A DNA stretch of 64,000 nt from Nannocystis bainbridge (lineage in GTDB: Bacteria; Myxococcota_A; Polyangia; Nannocystales; Nannocystaceae), in the NCBI RefSeq assembly GCF_028368995.1, contig NZ_JAQNDL010000004.1, forward strand, positions 288,001-352,000. The letters run 5' to 3'. The first letter of the stretch is position 1. Each line of letters starts with the position of its first letter. Position numbers and translations under genes: made by a program. Below the pieces are notes generated by a model. That model was given only the letters and a program-made list of their open reading frames with translations. It ran no database searches and had not been told where the DNA came from. Positions 46,609-60,123 of this stretch are shown piece after piece.

Positions 46609-47553
46609 TCAGCCCATGGGGATGCCGCACAGGCCGAGGTTCTCGAACCCGGGCGGGGCGGTGCCTTGCTCGTACCAGGTGATGCACTCCTGGCCGGCGC
46701 CGGGGCAGTCGGGCGCGGTGATGTCGCAGTAGGGCAGGCAGCAGCCGAGGGCCGAGGAGTCGCACTCGGTGGCGAAGCCGGGGTCCTGGCAGGTGAGGCC
46801 CTTGTCGCAGGCGTTGGCGAACTCGCACGGGTCGAAGGCGACGCCGGCGTCGCCGGAGGCGTCGAGGACGCACACGAAGCCCTCGTCGGCGGGGTTCGGC
46901 AGGCACAGGTCGCTGCCGGCGCAGTCCTGCAGCAGCGGGTCGCACTGCGGCAGGCACAGGTTGAGCACGCCGTCGTTGGCGATCACGCAGGTGGTCGACT
47001 GATCGGCGCAGTCGGGGGCTTCGGGCGAGCCGTTGCAGAGGTCGACGCAGGTGCCCTGGCCGGTGTCGTTGTCGACGTTCCAGCACATCGAGCCGAGGGC
47101 GCACGAGTCGATGCCGCTGACGCCGCTGCCCTCGACGGTGCACGGGTCACCCGGGGCGCCGCTGTTCTCCTCGACGGGGACGCACTTGAGGCTGTTCCAC
47201 GAGGAGCCGCCGTCGTTGGCCCAGGCGGAACACTTCTGGCCGGCGGGGCAGTCCTGGGCCCAGTTGTCGCACTCCACCTCCGGCGGCGGGGTGCCGGTGG
47301 TGCCGCACTGGATGAAGCTGCAGGTGGTGTCGCCGTCGGTCTCGGTCTCGCCGTCGGTCTCGCTGGTGGCCGCCGATTCGGTGGTGGTCTGCGGCGGATC
47401 GACCGTCTCGCCGGCGCTGGTCGAGGTGCCGCTCTCGCTGTCCTCTTCACCACCGGAGGTGGTGTTGATGCCCGCGGTCGGGCTGACCGGTTCCTTGTTC
47501 TCGCACGCCATCAGCAACAGCGCGGCCGTCAGAGTCGTCCATGCTCGCTTCAT
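46609..47553 (-). CDS. Cys-rich myxobacterial lipoprotein
   Basis: LLMAC lipobox, Thr-rich linker, CDxWAQDCPxGQKC and CDPLLQDC Cys repeats. Confidence 0.85.
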   Translation of the reverse strand: MKRAWTTLTAALLLMACENKEPVSPTAGINTTSGGEEDSESGTSTSAGETVDPPQTTTESAATSETDGETETDGDTTCSFIQCGTTGTPPPEVECDNWAQDCPAGQKCSAWANDGGSSWNSLKCVPVEENSGAPGDPCTVEGSGVSGIDSCALGSMCWNVDNDTGQGTCVDLCNGSPEAPDCADQSTTCVIANDGVLNLCLPQCDPLLQDCAGSDLCLPNPADEGFVCVLDASGDAGVAFDPCEFANACDKGLTCQDPGFATECDSSALGCCLPYCDITAPDCPGAGQECITWYEQGTAPPGFENLGLCGIPMG

Positions 47554-47595
47554 CTCGCACCTTCCTCGCGTCATTAAGCCGGATGAGCAACGGCA

Positions 47596-47627
47596 TGTCC
47601 TTATGGACATGTACATTGCGACATGTC
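47596..47627. promoter_or_regulatory. 14-bp-period TGTC-N6-GACA array
   Basis: tgtc-cttatg-gaca|tgta-cattgc-gaca|tgtc, ~40 bp upstream of the lipoprotein start. Confidence 0.6.
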
Positions 47628-47952
47628 TTTGGGATCAGCCGCCGGCAGCCCGCCTGCGCATCCGTGCGCGCCCATACCCATTGGGGCGTCCGCAACGGAA
47701 GATGCTCAGGTGATAAAACTGCAAAACAGTTAATCCTTGCAACAAGTCTTATACAACCTCCGAAACCAACGCAAGGAATTTAAGTTTATCGGTGTCGATT
47801 GTTTGTTTTACTCGATCATGAGGGCAGCACCTCGGACGAGCGTCCTTTGCGCGTGGGGCAAATCGCGCTCCGCGGATGCGAGCCGGGGCGCGACCCAACG
47901 CAAAACGGCGCCCACGAGGGCGCCGTCCGGCTTCGCGATCGCGGGGCGCGGG

Positions 47953-49005
47953 CTACTTGCCGCCGCTGATCTGGAGGTTCAGGTCCATGTCCATGGTCAT
48001 CGGCATCTTCACGCCGTTGGCGTCGGTGGTCATGCCGATCGAGGACTTCAGGTTCATCTCGCCCTTGACCGGAGCGACGCGGGCGAGGTCGACCTCGGTG
48101 GTGCCGGAGCCGTTCGACTCGAGGCGGTCGAGGCTGACCTTGGCGCCCTCGGGCATGCCGGGGGCGGTGATGGTCTGCTGGGCGGCCGTCTGGACGATGG
48201 TGCTGGCGAGCTGGACGACGGTGCCGTCGCGGCCCTTGAGCTCCCAGGTGGCGATCTGGTCGAGCTTCATGCCCTGCTGATCGAGCTGCTGGGTGACGGT
48301 CCACTTGGCGCCGACGCCGAGCGCCTCCTCGGGGAAGGGCACCGACATCTGGTTGATCTGCTGACGCATGCTGTCGACGGTCTGCTTGATCTGCGGGTTC
48401 ACGTCGGCGGGCATGTTGAAGTCGGCCGACTTGACGATGCCGCGCGGGGTGATGAGCGAGGTGCCCGACATCTTGTTCATGGTGCCGAGCACGCCCTTGA
48501 GCTGCTGGACCATGGCGTCGGGGACCTTGGGGTCGGGCAGGACCTCGATCTTGTCGAGGCTGAACTCGCTGCGGATGTCGCCCTCGCCGGTGATCTCGGT
48601 GACCTTGAGGTTCATGGTCATCTGCATCGGCGGGATGTCGGTCTTCGGCATCGCGTTGGGGCCGATCTGCATGGCCATGCCCATGCGCATGGTCATGATC
48701 ATGGCCTGCTCCTGACCGGCGGTGAGCTTGAGCCGCAGCGGCTCGCGCGGCTCGGCGCCAGGCTCGATCAAGGTGACGACCGAACCCTTGCCGGTGGTGG
48801 CGGCGGCGTCGGGGGCGACGACCGGGGCGGGCGGGGTCGCGTCAGGCTTGGCGACGACCGGCGCGGGCGGCGGAGCGTCGGTCTTGGTCGGCGCGACCTC
48901 GGTCTTGGTTGCCGGCTTGCTGTCGGTAGGCTGACAGCCGAAGAGGTGCAGCGCAGCGGCTGCGAGCGGGACACAGAGGACGCGGAGACGGGGGCGGAGC
49001 GACAT
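47953..49005 (-). CDS. hypothetical lipoprotein (DUF6263-like)
   Basis: LFGC lipobox, LIEPGAEPREPLR and PFPEEALGVGAKW motifs. Confidence 0.75.
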   Translation of the reverse strand: MSLRPRLRVLCVPLAAAALHLFGCQPTDSKPATKTEVAPTKTDAPPPAPVVAKPDATPPAPVVAPDAAATTGKGSVVTLIEPGAEPREPLRLKLTAGQEQAMIMTMRMGMAMQIGPNAMPKTDIPPMQMTMNLKVTEITGEGDIRSEFSLDKIEVLPDPKVPDAMVQQLKGVLGTMNKMSGTSLITPRGIVKSADFNMPADVNPQIKQTVDSMRQQINQMSVPFPEEALGVGAKWTVTQQLDQQGMKLDQIATWELKGRDGTVVQLASTIVQTAAQQTITAPGMPEGAKVSLDRLESNGSGTTEVDLARVAPVKGEMNLKSSIGMTTDANGVKMPMTMDMDLNLQISGGK

Positions 49006-49087
49006 GCGCGGCGAGGCTACCACAGGCGGCTGTCGCCAGCGTGGCGGCGGCGGGGGGGCCAGGACCTCGCGGAGGCGTCGACGCGGC

Positions 49088-50722
49088 TCAGGGCAGGCGA
49101 CGGCCGCTGGCCTCGACGGCGGCCCGCACCCGGGCGAGCGCGGCGAGGACCTGGGGGTCGCTCTGCAGCTTCTCCAGCGGGCTCGGCAGCCGCCAGGTCC
49201 AGTTGTGATCGCCGACGGTGGCGGGCTTGTTGATCCGGTCGCGCACGCCGAGGAGGTCCTGCAGGAGCAGCAGCACGAGGTCGCTGCCGGCGGCGAAGAC
49301 GAGGTGGAGCAGGGCGGCGTGCACGGCCGGGGTGAACTCGCGGCCGAGCGGTTCGGGCATGTCCTTGAGGCCAGGTAGCTTCTGGACCTCGGCCCGCTCG
49401 GCGGGGCTCAGCTCGTCCCACCAGACGGCGACGGGGGCGGTGTCGTGAGTGCCGAAGGTGGCGACCGAGAGCGCCGGGTAGCCGGCGGGGTCGCGGAAGG
49501 CGTCGCCGTCCTTCTCCCAGATCAGGACCTTGTAGCCGGGGGCGCCGAGCTTGTGCAGCGAGGGGCCGACGTAGGCGGGGATCGATCCGAGGTCCTCGGC
49601 GATGAGCCGGGCGCCCCGCTCGGCGGCGCTGGCGATGATGGCCCCGATGACCTTCTCGCCGTGGGCGAGCTGCTCGGGCTCGGTCGGCGGGTCGAAGGTG
49701 CCGGGCACGAGCTTGCCCTTGTCGTCGCGCCGCCGCTCGTAGGGCCGCATGTACGTGCGATAGAAGCCGACCAGGTGATCGATGCGGAAGCGGTCGTAGA
49801 GGGTGGCGCTGTAGGCCGCGCGCCGCCGCAGCCAGGCGAAGTCGGGATCGCCGGCGGCCATGATCCGCCAGTGGTACGGCGGCAGGCCCCAGTCCTGGCC
49901 GTCCTCGTCGAACTGATCGGCGGGCACGCCGACCGACATGTCCATGCGGAACTCGGCGTGGTGGACCCAGACGTCGGCGCTGTCGCGATCGACCATGAAC
50001 GGGAGGTCGCCCATGAGCTCGACGCCGAGCCGCGCGAGCTCGCTGCGCGCGGCGGCCCACTGAGCGTGGGCGAGCCACTGCACGTACTCGTGATAGAGGA
50101 CGGCGTCGGCGTGGCGGGCCTGAGCGGCGCGCAGGGCGGCGCGGTCGCGCTCGCGCAAGGGGTCGGGCCACTGCCACCAGGCGGCGCCGTGGTGGGCGTC
50201 CTTGATCGCGCGGAAGAGGGCGTAGTCGGGCAACCACCGGCGCTGGGCGTCGCAGAACTCGATGAAGGCGCGAGCCCGCGGCGACTTGACGGTGCCGGCC
50301 TGCAGCTCGCGCTCGACGAAGTGCTTGAAGCCGGCGGTCAGCGCCTTGCGCTTGAGCTCGCGGACGGTGGCGTAGTCGATGGTGCTGCGCTTGCGGGCGG
50401 CGGCGAGCGCGGTGACGCCGGCGGGCCCGAGCACGTCGCGGGTGCTCAGGTGCTGCAGGTCGACGACGGGACCGAGCGAGATGAACATCGGATCGATGCC
50501 GAACGCCGACAAAGCGGCGTACGGCGAGGTGTTGCCGATGGAGATCTCGTTCAGCGGGAGGACCTGGACGAGGGAGATCCCGGCCCTGGCGATGAAGGCC
50601 GCGAACGCCGGCAGATCGCCGATCTCGCCGATCCCCCACGACTGCTCGGAGCGCAGCGAGAACAGCGGGACGGTGACGCCGGCGACGCGGCCGGCGGGCG
50701 AGGAGGCGGTGGTCTGGCTCAT
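49088..50722 (-). CDS. malQ: 4-alpha-glucanotransferase (GH77)
   Basis: GIGEIGD, SPYAALS, GDLPFMV, GQDWGLP, FRIDHLVG, IAEDLG and GTHD. Confidence 0.93.
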   Translation of the reverse strand: MSQTTASSPAGRVAGVTVPLFSLRSEQSWGIGEIGDLPAFAAFIARAGISLVQVLPLNEISIGNTSPYAALSAFGIDPMFISLGPVVDLQHLSTRDVLGPAGVTALAAARKRSTIDYATVRELKRKALTAGFKHFVERELQAGTVKSPRARAFIEFCDAQRRWLPDYALFRAIKDAHHGAAWWQWPDPLRERDRAALRAAQARHADAVLYHEYVQWLAHAQWAAARSELARLGVELMGDLPFMVDRDSADVWVHHAEFRMDMSVGVPADQFDEDGQDWGLPPYHWRIMAAGDPDFAWLRRRAAYSATLYDRFRIDHLVGFYRTYMRPYERRRDDKGKLVPGTFDPPTEPEQLAHGEKVIGAIIASAAERGARLIAEDLGSIPAYVGPSLHKLGAPGYKVLIWEKDGDAFRDPAGYPALSVATFGTHDTAPVAVWWDELSPAERAEVQKLPGLKDMPEPLGREFTPAVHAALLHLVFAAGSDLVLLLLQDLLGVRDRINKPATVGDHNWTWRLPSPLEKLQSDPQVLAALARVRAAVEASGRRLP

Positions 50723-50921
50723 GGCGGGGATGCGCCCGCGCGAGGCCGAGCGCCATGATCCAAGTAGCAGGCCGGACCCGCGCTGCGAAGTCCAAACCAG
50801 CGGAACCCGCGCAAATCGGCGGCACAAACGAAGCGGCTGCGCCGATCTCGCCGGTCGCGCGCGGGCCTGTCGGTGGCCCGCGCCCCGGGACGGGTGTTGT
50901 AGCGTTCGGCTGGTGTCCTCT

Positions 50922-53060
<2,139 letters not shown>

Positions 53061-53335
53061 GGGGGCGGCCCCGCGACATGTCCGCGACGCGAACGACGGT
53101 CGGCGCCGCCGACCTCGACCGCACCCGCGTCGGAGGTCGCGGACGGTCGAGGTGCATGCTGCGCCGCGCAGGTCGGACGTCGTGGCAGGGGGACGCGAGG
53201 ATGCGAGGCGACGCACGCACGGGGGCGCGGAGACCCACGAGAGCGCGCCCCGGCAAGGTCACGCGGGGACGCAAAGTCAGCGAGCCGCGAGCGGTTTGCA
53301 CGGCGCGCGTTCCTCGGTAAAAGCCGCCGGCAAGG

Positions 53336-55696
53336 ATGTCTCGCCCTCGTAAACCCGAACGCTCCGCGCCGCGCAAACCCACCCCGAGCCGCCGCGACGA
53401 GACCCGCGGGCCGGCGTCGCGCGAGGCTCCGCCGGTGCCGAGCGTGCCGGGCAGCGAGGCGGACGCGGCAGTGAAGGCGGGAGCGAGCGACGAGCCGCGC
53501 GAGACGACGCCACGCGAGGCTCCGCCGGCGCCGAGCGTGCCGGATCGCGCGGCGGGCGAGGCGAGCGCGACCGACGAGACGCCGGCAGCGGTCGAGGCGG
53601 CCGCGGACGCGGTGACGGGCGAGCGCGGGGCGAGCGCGACGCCTGAACTTCAGGACATGCCCGATCGACCCGGTATCGAAGGTCAGGCGCTTCAAGACAT
53701 GTCGCAAGAGACAGCTGTTTCCGTGGACGCACCGAGCCCGCTGGGCGACCTCGACTATCACCTGCTGGCCGAGGGCACGCACCTGCGGCTGTGGGAGTGC
53801 ATGGGGGCGCGGCTGGCCCCCGGCGGGGAGGGCACGCACTTCGCGGTGTGGGCCCCGAACGCGCGGGCGGTCAGCGTGATCGGCGGGTGGAACGGGTGGG
53901 ACGGCGAGCGCGACCCGCTGCACGCGGCGCGCGGCGGGGTGTGGACCGGGTTCGTGCCGGCGGCCCGGCGCGGGATGCTCTACAAGTTCCGCATCGTCGG
54001 CGCCGACGGGCAGGTCCACGACAAGGCCGACCCGCACGCGCTGATGAGCGAGGTGCCGCCGGCGACGGCGTCGGTGATCTGGGACCACGCGTACGAGTGG
54101 GGCGACGCGAGCTGGCTGGCGCGCCGGGCCGAGCGGCAGGGGCCGTCGGCGCCGATGTCGATCTACGAGGTGCACCTGGGCTCGTGGCTGCGCGGGCCGG
54201 GCGGCGAACACCTGTCGTATCGAGCGATCGCGCCGAAGCTTATCGCCCACGTGCGCGCGCTCGGGTTCACCCACGTCGAGCTGATGCCGCTGACGGAGCA
54301 CCCGTTCTACGGCTCGTGGGGCTACCAGGCGACCGGTTACTTCGCGCCGACGCGCCGCTACGGCGAGCCGCAGGAGCTGATGGCGCTGATCGACGCGCTG
54401 CATCAGGCGGGCATCGGCGTGATCCTCGACTGGGTGCCGGCGCACTTCCCCAACGACGGGCACGGGCTGGTCCACTTCGACGGCACGCACCTTTACGAGC
54501 ACGCCGACCCACGCCGCGGGGTCCACCCGGACTGGAACACGCTGATCTTCAACCTGGCGCGCCACGAGGTGCGGGCGTTCCTCCTCAGCTCGGCGATGAT
54601 GTGGCTGCAGGCGTTCCACGTCGACGGGCTGCGGGTCGACGCGGTGGCGTCGATGCTGTACCTCGACTACTCGCGCAAGGAGGGCCAGTGGCTGCCGAAC
54701 CACCTCGGCGGGCGCGAGAACCTCGAGTCGATCGAGTTCCTGCGCGCGCTCAACCAGGCGATCCACCGCGAGGTGCCAGGGGCGGTCTCGATCGCGGAGG
54801 AGTCGACGGCCTGGCCAGGGGTGTCGCACAGGGTCGAGGACGGCGGGCTCGGGTTCGACTTCAAGTGGGACATGGGCTGGATGCACGACACGCTGCGCTA
54901 CTTCGGGCGCGACCCGGTGACGCGCTCGCAGCACCACCGCGACGTCACGTTCCGCATGATGTACGCGTACTCGGAGCGGTTCATGCTGCCGCTGTCCCAC
55001 GACGAGGTGGTCCACGGCAAGGGCTCGCTGGTCCGTAAGATGTCCCCGGGGACAGGTGGCTCGGCGGCCCGGCTGGCCAATCTGCGCCTGCTCTACGCGT
55101 ACATGTTCGGGCTGCCGGGCAAGAAGCTGCTGTTCATGGGCGACGAGCTGGCCCAGGTGCGCGAGTGGAACCACGACGGGCAGCTCGACTGGGGCCTGCT
55201 GGCCGACGCCGACCACGCGGGGCTGATGCGGTGGGTCGGTCGCCTCGGCCACCTGCTGCGCGCCGAGCCGGGCCTCCACGAGCTCGACCACGACCCGCTG
55301 GGGTTCCGCTGGGCTGTGGTCGAGGACTACCAGCGCAGCACGCTGGCGTTCCTCCGCCGACCGCGGCAAGGCGCGGTGATCCTTGTGATCCTGAACTTCA
55401 CGCCGATGACGTGGACGAACTACACGGTGCCGTTCGAGGCGCCGGGCGAGTGGGTGCGGATGATGTCGTCCGACGAGGGGCAGTTCGGCGGGGCCGGTCA
55501 CGCGGGGCCAGAGCGGCTGATCGCGGACCACTCGGCCGGCGGGGCGCTGCCGTGCGCGGCGACGCTGGACTTGCCGCCGCTGACTGCCCTGATCTACCGC
55601 GGGCCAGAGGTAAAGGCGTACGACGCGGCGGCGCTCGAGCTGCGCGAGGCGCTGGCGGCCGAGGCCGAGGCGGCCCGCACGGACGCGGCGAGCTGA
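53336..55696 (+). CDS. glgB: 1,4-alpha-glucan branching enzyme
   Basis: FAVWAPNA, IYEVHLGSW, SWGYQ, DWVPAHF, DGLRVDAVASM, AEEST and LSHDEVVHGK; true start may be later (~53699-53723). Confidence 0.95.
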   Translation: MSRPRKPERSAPRKPTPSRRDETRGPASREAPPVPSVPGSEADAAVKAGASDEPRETTPREAPPAPSVPDRAAGEASATDETPAAVEAAADAVTGERGASATPELQDMPDRPGIEGQALQDMSQETAVSVDAPSPLGDLDYHLLAEGTHLRLWECMGARLAPGGEGTHFAVWAPNARAVSVIGGWNGWDGERDPLHAARGGVWTGFVPAARRGMLYKFRIVGADGQVHDKADPHALMSEVPPATASVIWDHAYEWGDASWLARRAERQGPSAPMSIYEVHLGSWLRGPGGEHLSYRAIAPKLIAHVRALGFTHVELMPLTEHPFYGSWGYQATGYFAPTRRYGEPQELMALIDALHQAGIGVILDWVPAHFPNDGHGLVHFDGTHLYEHADPRRGVHPDWNTLIFNLARHEVRAFLLSSAMMWLQAFHVDGLRVDAVASMLYLDYSRKEGQWLPNHLGGRENLESIEFLRALNQAIHREVPGAVSIAEESTAWPGVSHRVEDGGLGFDFKWDMGWMHDTLRYFGRDPVTRSQHHRDVTFRMMYAYSERFMLPLSHDEVVHGKGSLVRKMSPGTGGSAARLANLRLLYAYMFGLPGKKLLFMGDELAQVREWNHDGQLDWGLLADADHAGLMRWVGRLGHLLRAEPGLHELDHDPLGFRWAVVEDYQRSTLAFLRRPRQGAVILVILNFTPMTWTNYTVPFEAPGEWVRMMSSDEGQFGGAGHAGPERLIADHSAGGALPCAATLDLPPLTALIYRGPEVKAYDAAALELREALAAEAEAARTDAAS

Positions 55697-55722
55697 GGCT
55701 CGCGCGCCCGTAGGGTGCATGG

Positions 55723-55780
55723 GACATGTTCTGAGGGACATGTCCCATGGGGCATTTACACATGTCCTGAGAGACATGTG
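55723..55780. promoter_or_regulatory. double array of TGTC-N6-GACA
   Basis: gaca|tgtt-ctgagg-gaca|tgtc-ccatgg-ggca then caca|tgtc-ctgaga-gaca|tgtg. Confidence 0.6.
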
Positions 55781-55970
55781 CATGGCGCGCGCTGCGACGG
55801 GATGACGCGGCGCGGAGGCGCGACGTGGTGATGCGGTGCCGCGCCGCGCGAGTTCGGACCGAGCGGCAGGGCAGCGATCGGGCGCGGGCCGTGATCGTGG
55901 TCAATCGGTGTTCTGGGCCGTCGGAGGGGAGTTGCGTGTCGGACTTCGGGTTCGGGTATGGTTCGCGACC

Positions 55971-57359
55971 ATGCGCGCCGCTCGTCGTTGCCTCCCGCTC
56001 GCCGCGTTCGTCCTCGCCTGTCAGCCCACGGGCGCCGGGACGGACAGCGACGACGCGACGACGATGAGCCCTTCGACGTCGTTCGGCGGGAGCTTCACGA
56101 CCACCGAGGCGACGCCGACGACAGGGACGGAGACGGGCGCGACGACCAGCTCGAGCGAGGGGAGCTCGGAAGCGGGGACGGAGTCGGAGACTTCGGGGCC
56201 CGACACAGCCACGGGCGAGCCGGGGCTGTCGGAGGACGAGGCGCTGCTTCGTCAGGCGATCGCCGGCGAGGTCGACGCCGAGGAGGCGATGCGCACGATC
56301 GCCGGCCGCGGCGGCTTCCCGGTGGCGGCGGCGTCGGGCGGGTTTCTGTTCGCCTGTCTCTGCGGACAGGGCGCGTGGACGCTGGCCGGCGATCACGACG
56401 ACTGGGCGCCGGCGCCGATGAGCCAGGCGGGGTCGCTGTGGTGGATCGAGGCCGACATCGCCGCGCCGGACGGCAGCCTCTATAAATTTCACGAGCCGGA
56501 CTCGGCGCAGTGGATCGCCGATCCGTACGGGCGCCGCCACGGCTACGACGATTTCGGGACGTTCTCGCTGGTGCGCGCGAGCGCGGCCCACCTCGAGCGC
56601 TGGTATGCGATCGAGGACGCGGGCCTCGGGCTGGCGCCGCGCGAGCTCGAGGTGCTGGTGCCGCAGGACGGGGCGTTCACGCATGCGCTGTACGTGCACG
56701 ACGGGCAGAACCTGTTCGACCCGGGGGCTTTCTTCGGCGGCTGGCAGCTGCCCGCGAGCGCGCCGCCGAACATGCTCGTGGTCGGGATCACCAACACGCC
56801 GGCGCGCATGGACGAGTACACGCAGGTGCCCGACGAGCTCGACGGTCAGCCGATCGGCGGCGACGGGGCGGTCTACGCGGAGCTCGTCGACTCCGTCATC
56901 CGGCCGCGCATGGAGGCGGCGTACGGGCCGGCGGTGAAGGTGGGGACGATGGGCTCGTCGCTCGGGGGGCTCATCAGCCTGGTGATCGCGGACCTGTACC
57001 CGGACCGCTACGACATGGCGATCAGCCTGTCGGGCACGGTCGGCTGGGGCTCGCTCGAGCTGCACAACGAGACGATCCTCGAGACGTACGAGGCCGCAGG
57101 CAAGCGCGGCTTCGCGATCTACGTCGACAGCGGCGGCGAGGGCACGTGCGTCGACGCCGACCAGGACGGGATCGAGGACGACGCGCCCGACTCGTTCGAC
57201 AACTACTGCGAGAACGCGCAGCTCTACGCGATCTTGCAGGCGAGCGGCTACACGCCCGAGGTCGACGTGTTCTACGTGCACGCGCCGGGGGCGATGCATA
57301 ACGAGCTCGAGTGGGCGGCGCGCGTGGGCGTGCCGCTGCAGATCTTCGCAGGGCTGTGA
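55971..57359 (+). CDS. exported esterase (Fes/IroE-type alpha/beta fold) lipoprotein
   Basis: FVLAC lipobox, LYVHDGQNLF, MGSSLGGL, YVDSG and HNELEW; possible CBM48-like N-domain (YKF...WIADP). Confidence 0.85.
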   Translation: MRAARRCLPLAAFVLACQPTGAGTDSDDATTMSPSTSFGGSFTTTEATPTTGTETGATTSSSEGSSEAGTESETSGPDTATGEPGLSEDEALLRQAIAGEVDAEEAMRTIAGRGGFPVAAASGGFLFACLCGQGAWTLAGDHDDWAPAPMSQAGSLWWIEADIAAPDGSLYKFHEPDSAQWIADPYGRRHGYDDFGTFSLVRASAAHLERWYAIEDAGLGLAPRELEVLVPQDGAFTHALYVHDGQNLFDPGAFFGGWQLPASAPPNMLVVGITNTPARMDEYTQVPDELDGQPIGGDGAVYAELVDSVIRPRMEAAYGPAVKVGTMGSSLGGLISLVIADLYPDRYDMAISLSGTVGWGSLELHNETILETYEAAGKRGFAIYVDSGGEGTCVDADQDGIEDDAPDSFDNYCENAQLYAILQASGYTPEVDVFYVHAPGAMHNELEWAARVGVPLQIFAGL

Positions 57360-57375
57360 CGCGCGCCGGCGCGGC

Positions 57376-57995
57376 TCAGGCAGACCCGCAGCGCGGCAGG
57401 CAAGACTCGAGCTCCTCGCCGAACGCCGCCTTGCCGATGCAATCCAGCCGGACCACCTCGTCGGGCTTCTGCAGGCATTGCTCGAAGTCTGCCGCCGGCA
57501 GCAGCGCGCGATGGACGAGTCTGGTGGCCCAGAAGTCATCGACGGCCGCGCCGCTGTTCTCGAACACGGTGCCGTCCGCTTGCACGTAGAGGAAGATCCA
57601 CCGCTTCGTGTCGTCCGTAGCGGATGAATCACCCGGATCTGCCCCGGCGTGTGGTCGCGCAGGGCCTTCAGCGCGCACTCCAGCGCTGCGGGGTTCTCCA
57701 CGACGGACGCTTCCTTCTCGCCAATGACGAGGATGTCGTCGCACGCGATGGTCGCTTCGCACACCACCTCGGTGATCTTCGCCCCGCAACTCTCGTCGAG
57801 GGCGAAGCAGCAACAATCGCTCGCTGGCTCGTCGAGGGGGCACACCTCGCCGCCGGTCGATGTCGGTTCCGTAGTCTCGGCCGTGGTCTCGGCCGTGGTC
57901 GTCGGGGCGTCCATGGTCTCCGCTTTACCGGGAGCACACGCCGCGCAGAGCAGGAGGAGCAGGCCACACCGAGGATGGATCGTTAAGCAAGTCAT
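57376..57995 (-). pseudogene. frameshifted Cys-rich lipoprotein (or sequencing error)
   Basis: N-half MTCLTIH...LCAAC...DHTPGQIRVI in one frame; C-half SATDDTKRWIFLYVQADG...CGSA in another; switch near 57625. Confidence 0.65.
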
Positions 57996-58030
57996 GCGCC
58001 GAGCGCAGCATGCTGGCGGCTCTCTGCGCA

Positions 58031-58058
58031 TGTCCTCATGGACATGTTCTCATGGACA
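58031..58058. promoter_or_regulatory. 14-bp-period TGTC-N6-GACA array
   Basis: tgtc-ctcatg-gaca|tgtt-ctcatg-gaca. Confidence 0.6.
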
Positions 58059-58113
58059 GCTTTGTAAAGCTGTCCGCTGGAGCGCGTCGATCGGTGTGAA
58101 CCCGATGGCCGAA

Positions 58114-58347
58114 TCAGCGCAGGTCGAGCTCGACGTCGACGCCCTTCTGGCGGCAGGCGGCGAGGATCTCCTCGGTCAGCTGATCGGTGTCACGGTTGTC
58201 GCCGGGCGGGAGGGCCAGGACCACGCGCGGGCGCTGGGCCTCGAGCGCCGCCATGCGTTCGCGGTGCTCGAGGAAGCGGGAGAAGCCGGCGTAGGCGACG
58301 CCCCCGAGCACGGCGACGAGCACCACCAGCGCGAGCAGGATCGGCAT
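58114..58347 (-). CDS. small single-TM hypothetical protein
   Basis: Hydrophobic N-terminus, GC3-rich codons. Confidence 0.65.
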   Translation of the reverse strand: MPILLALVVLVAVLGGVAYAGFSRFLEHRERMAALEAQRPRVVLALPPGDNRDTDQLTEEILAACRQKGVDVELDLR

Positions 58348-58380
58348 GTCGGTCCAGGATAGCGCGGTGGCGGGCGGGCG

Positions 58381-59949
<1,569 letters not shown>

Positions 59950-60123
59950 AGAGGCGCAAACGGTACGCCGAGCGCGGCCCCACCGACAAGCCGGCGGGCG
60001 GCGCGTTCGATCACGCGTGCGCGCGGGTGAGGCCGCAGGGGGCATGCAGCGGGAGGTCGGAGTGCTCGAGCACACCGACCTCCGTCACATCGTCGCGACG
60101 CGGGGCAGGGCCCGCGCCGGCGG

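Noticed and set aside
47705-47820. Possible dif site or oriC
   Set aside because: No XerD-type TTATGTTAAA half-site and no DnaA boxes were recognised
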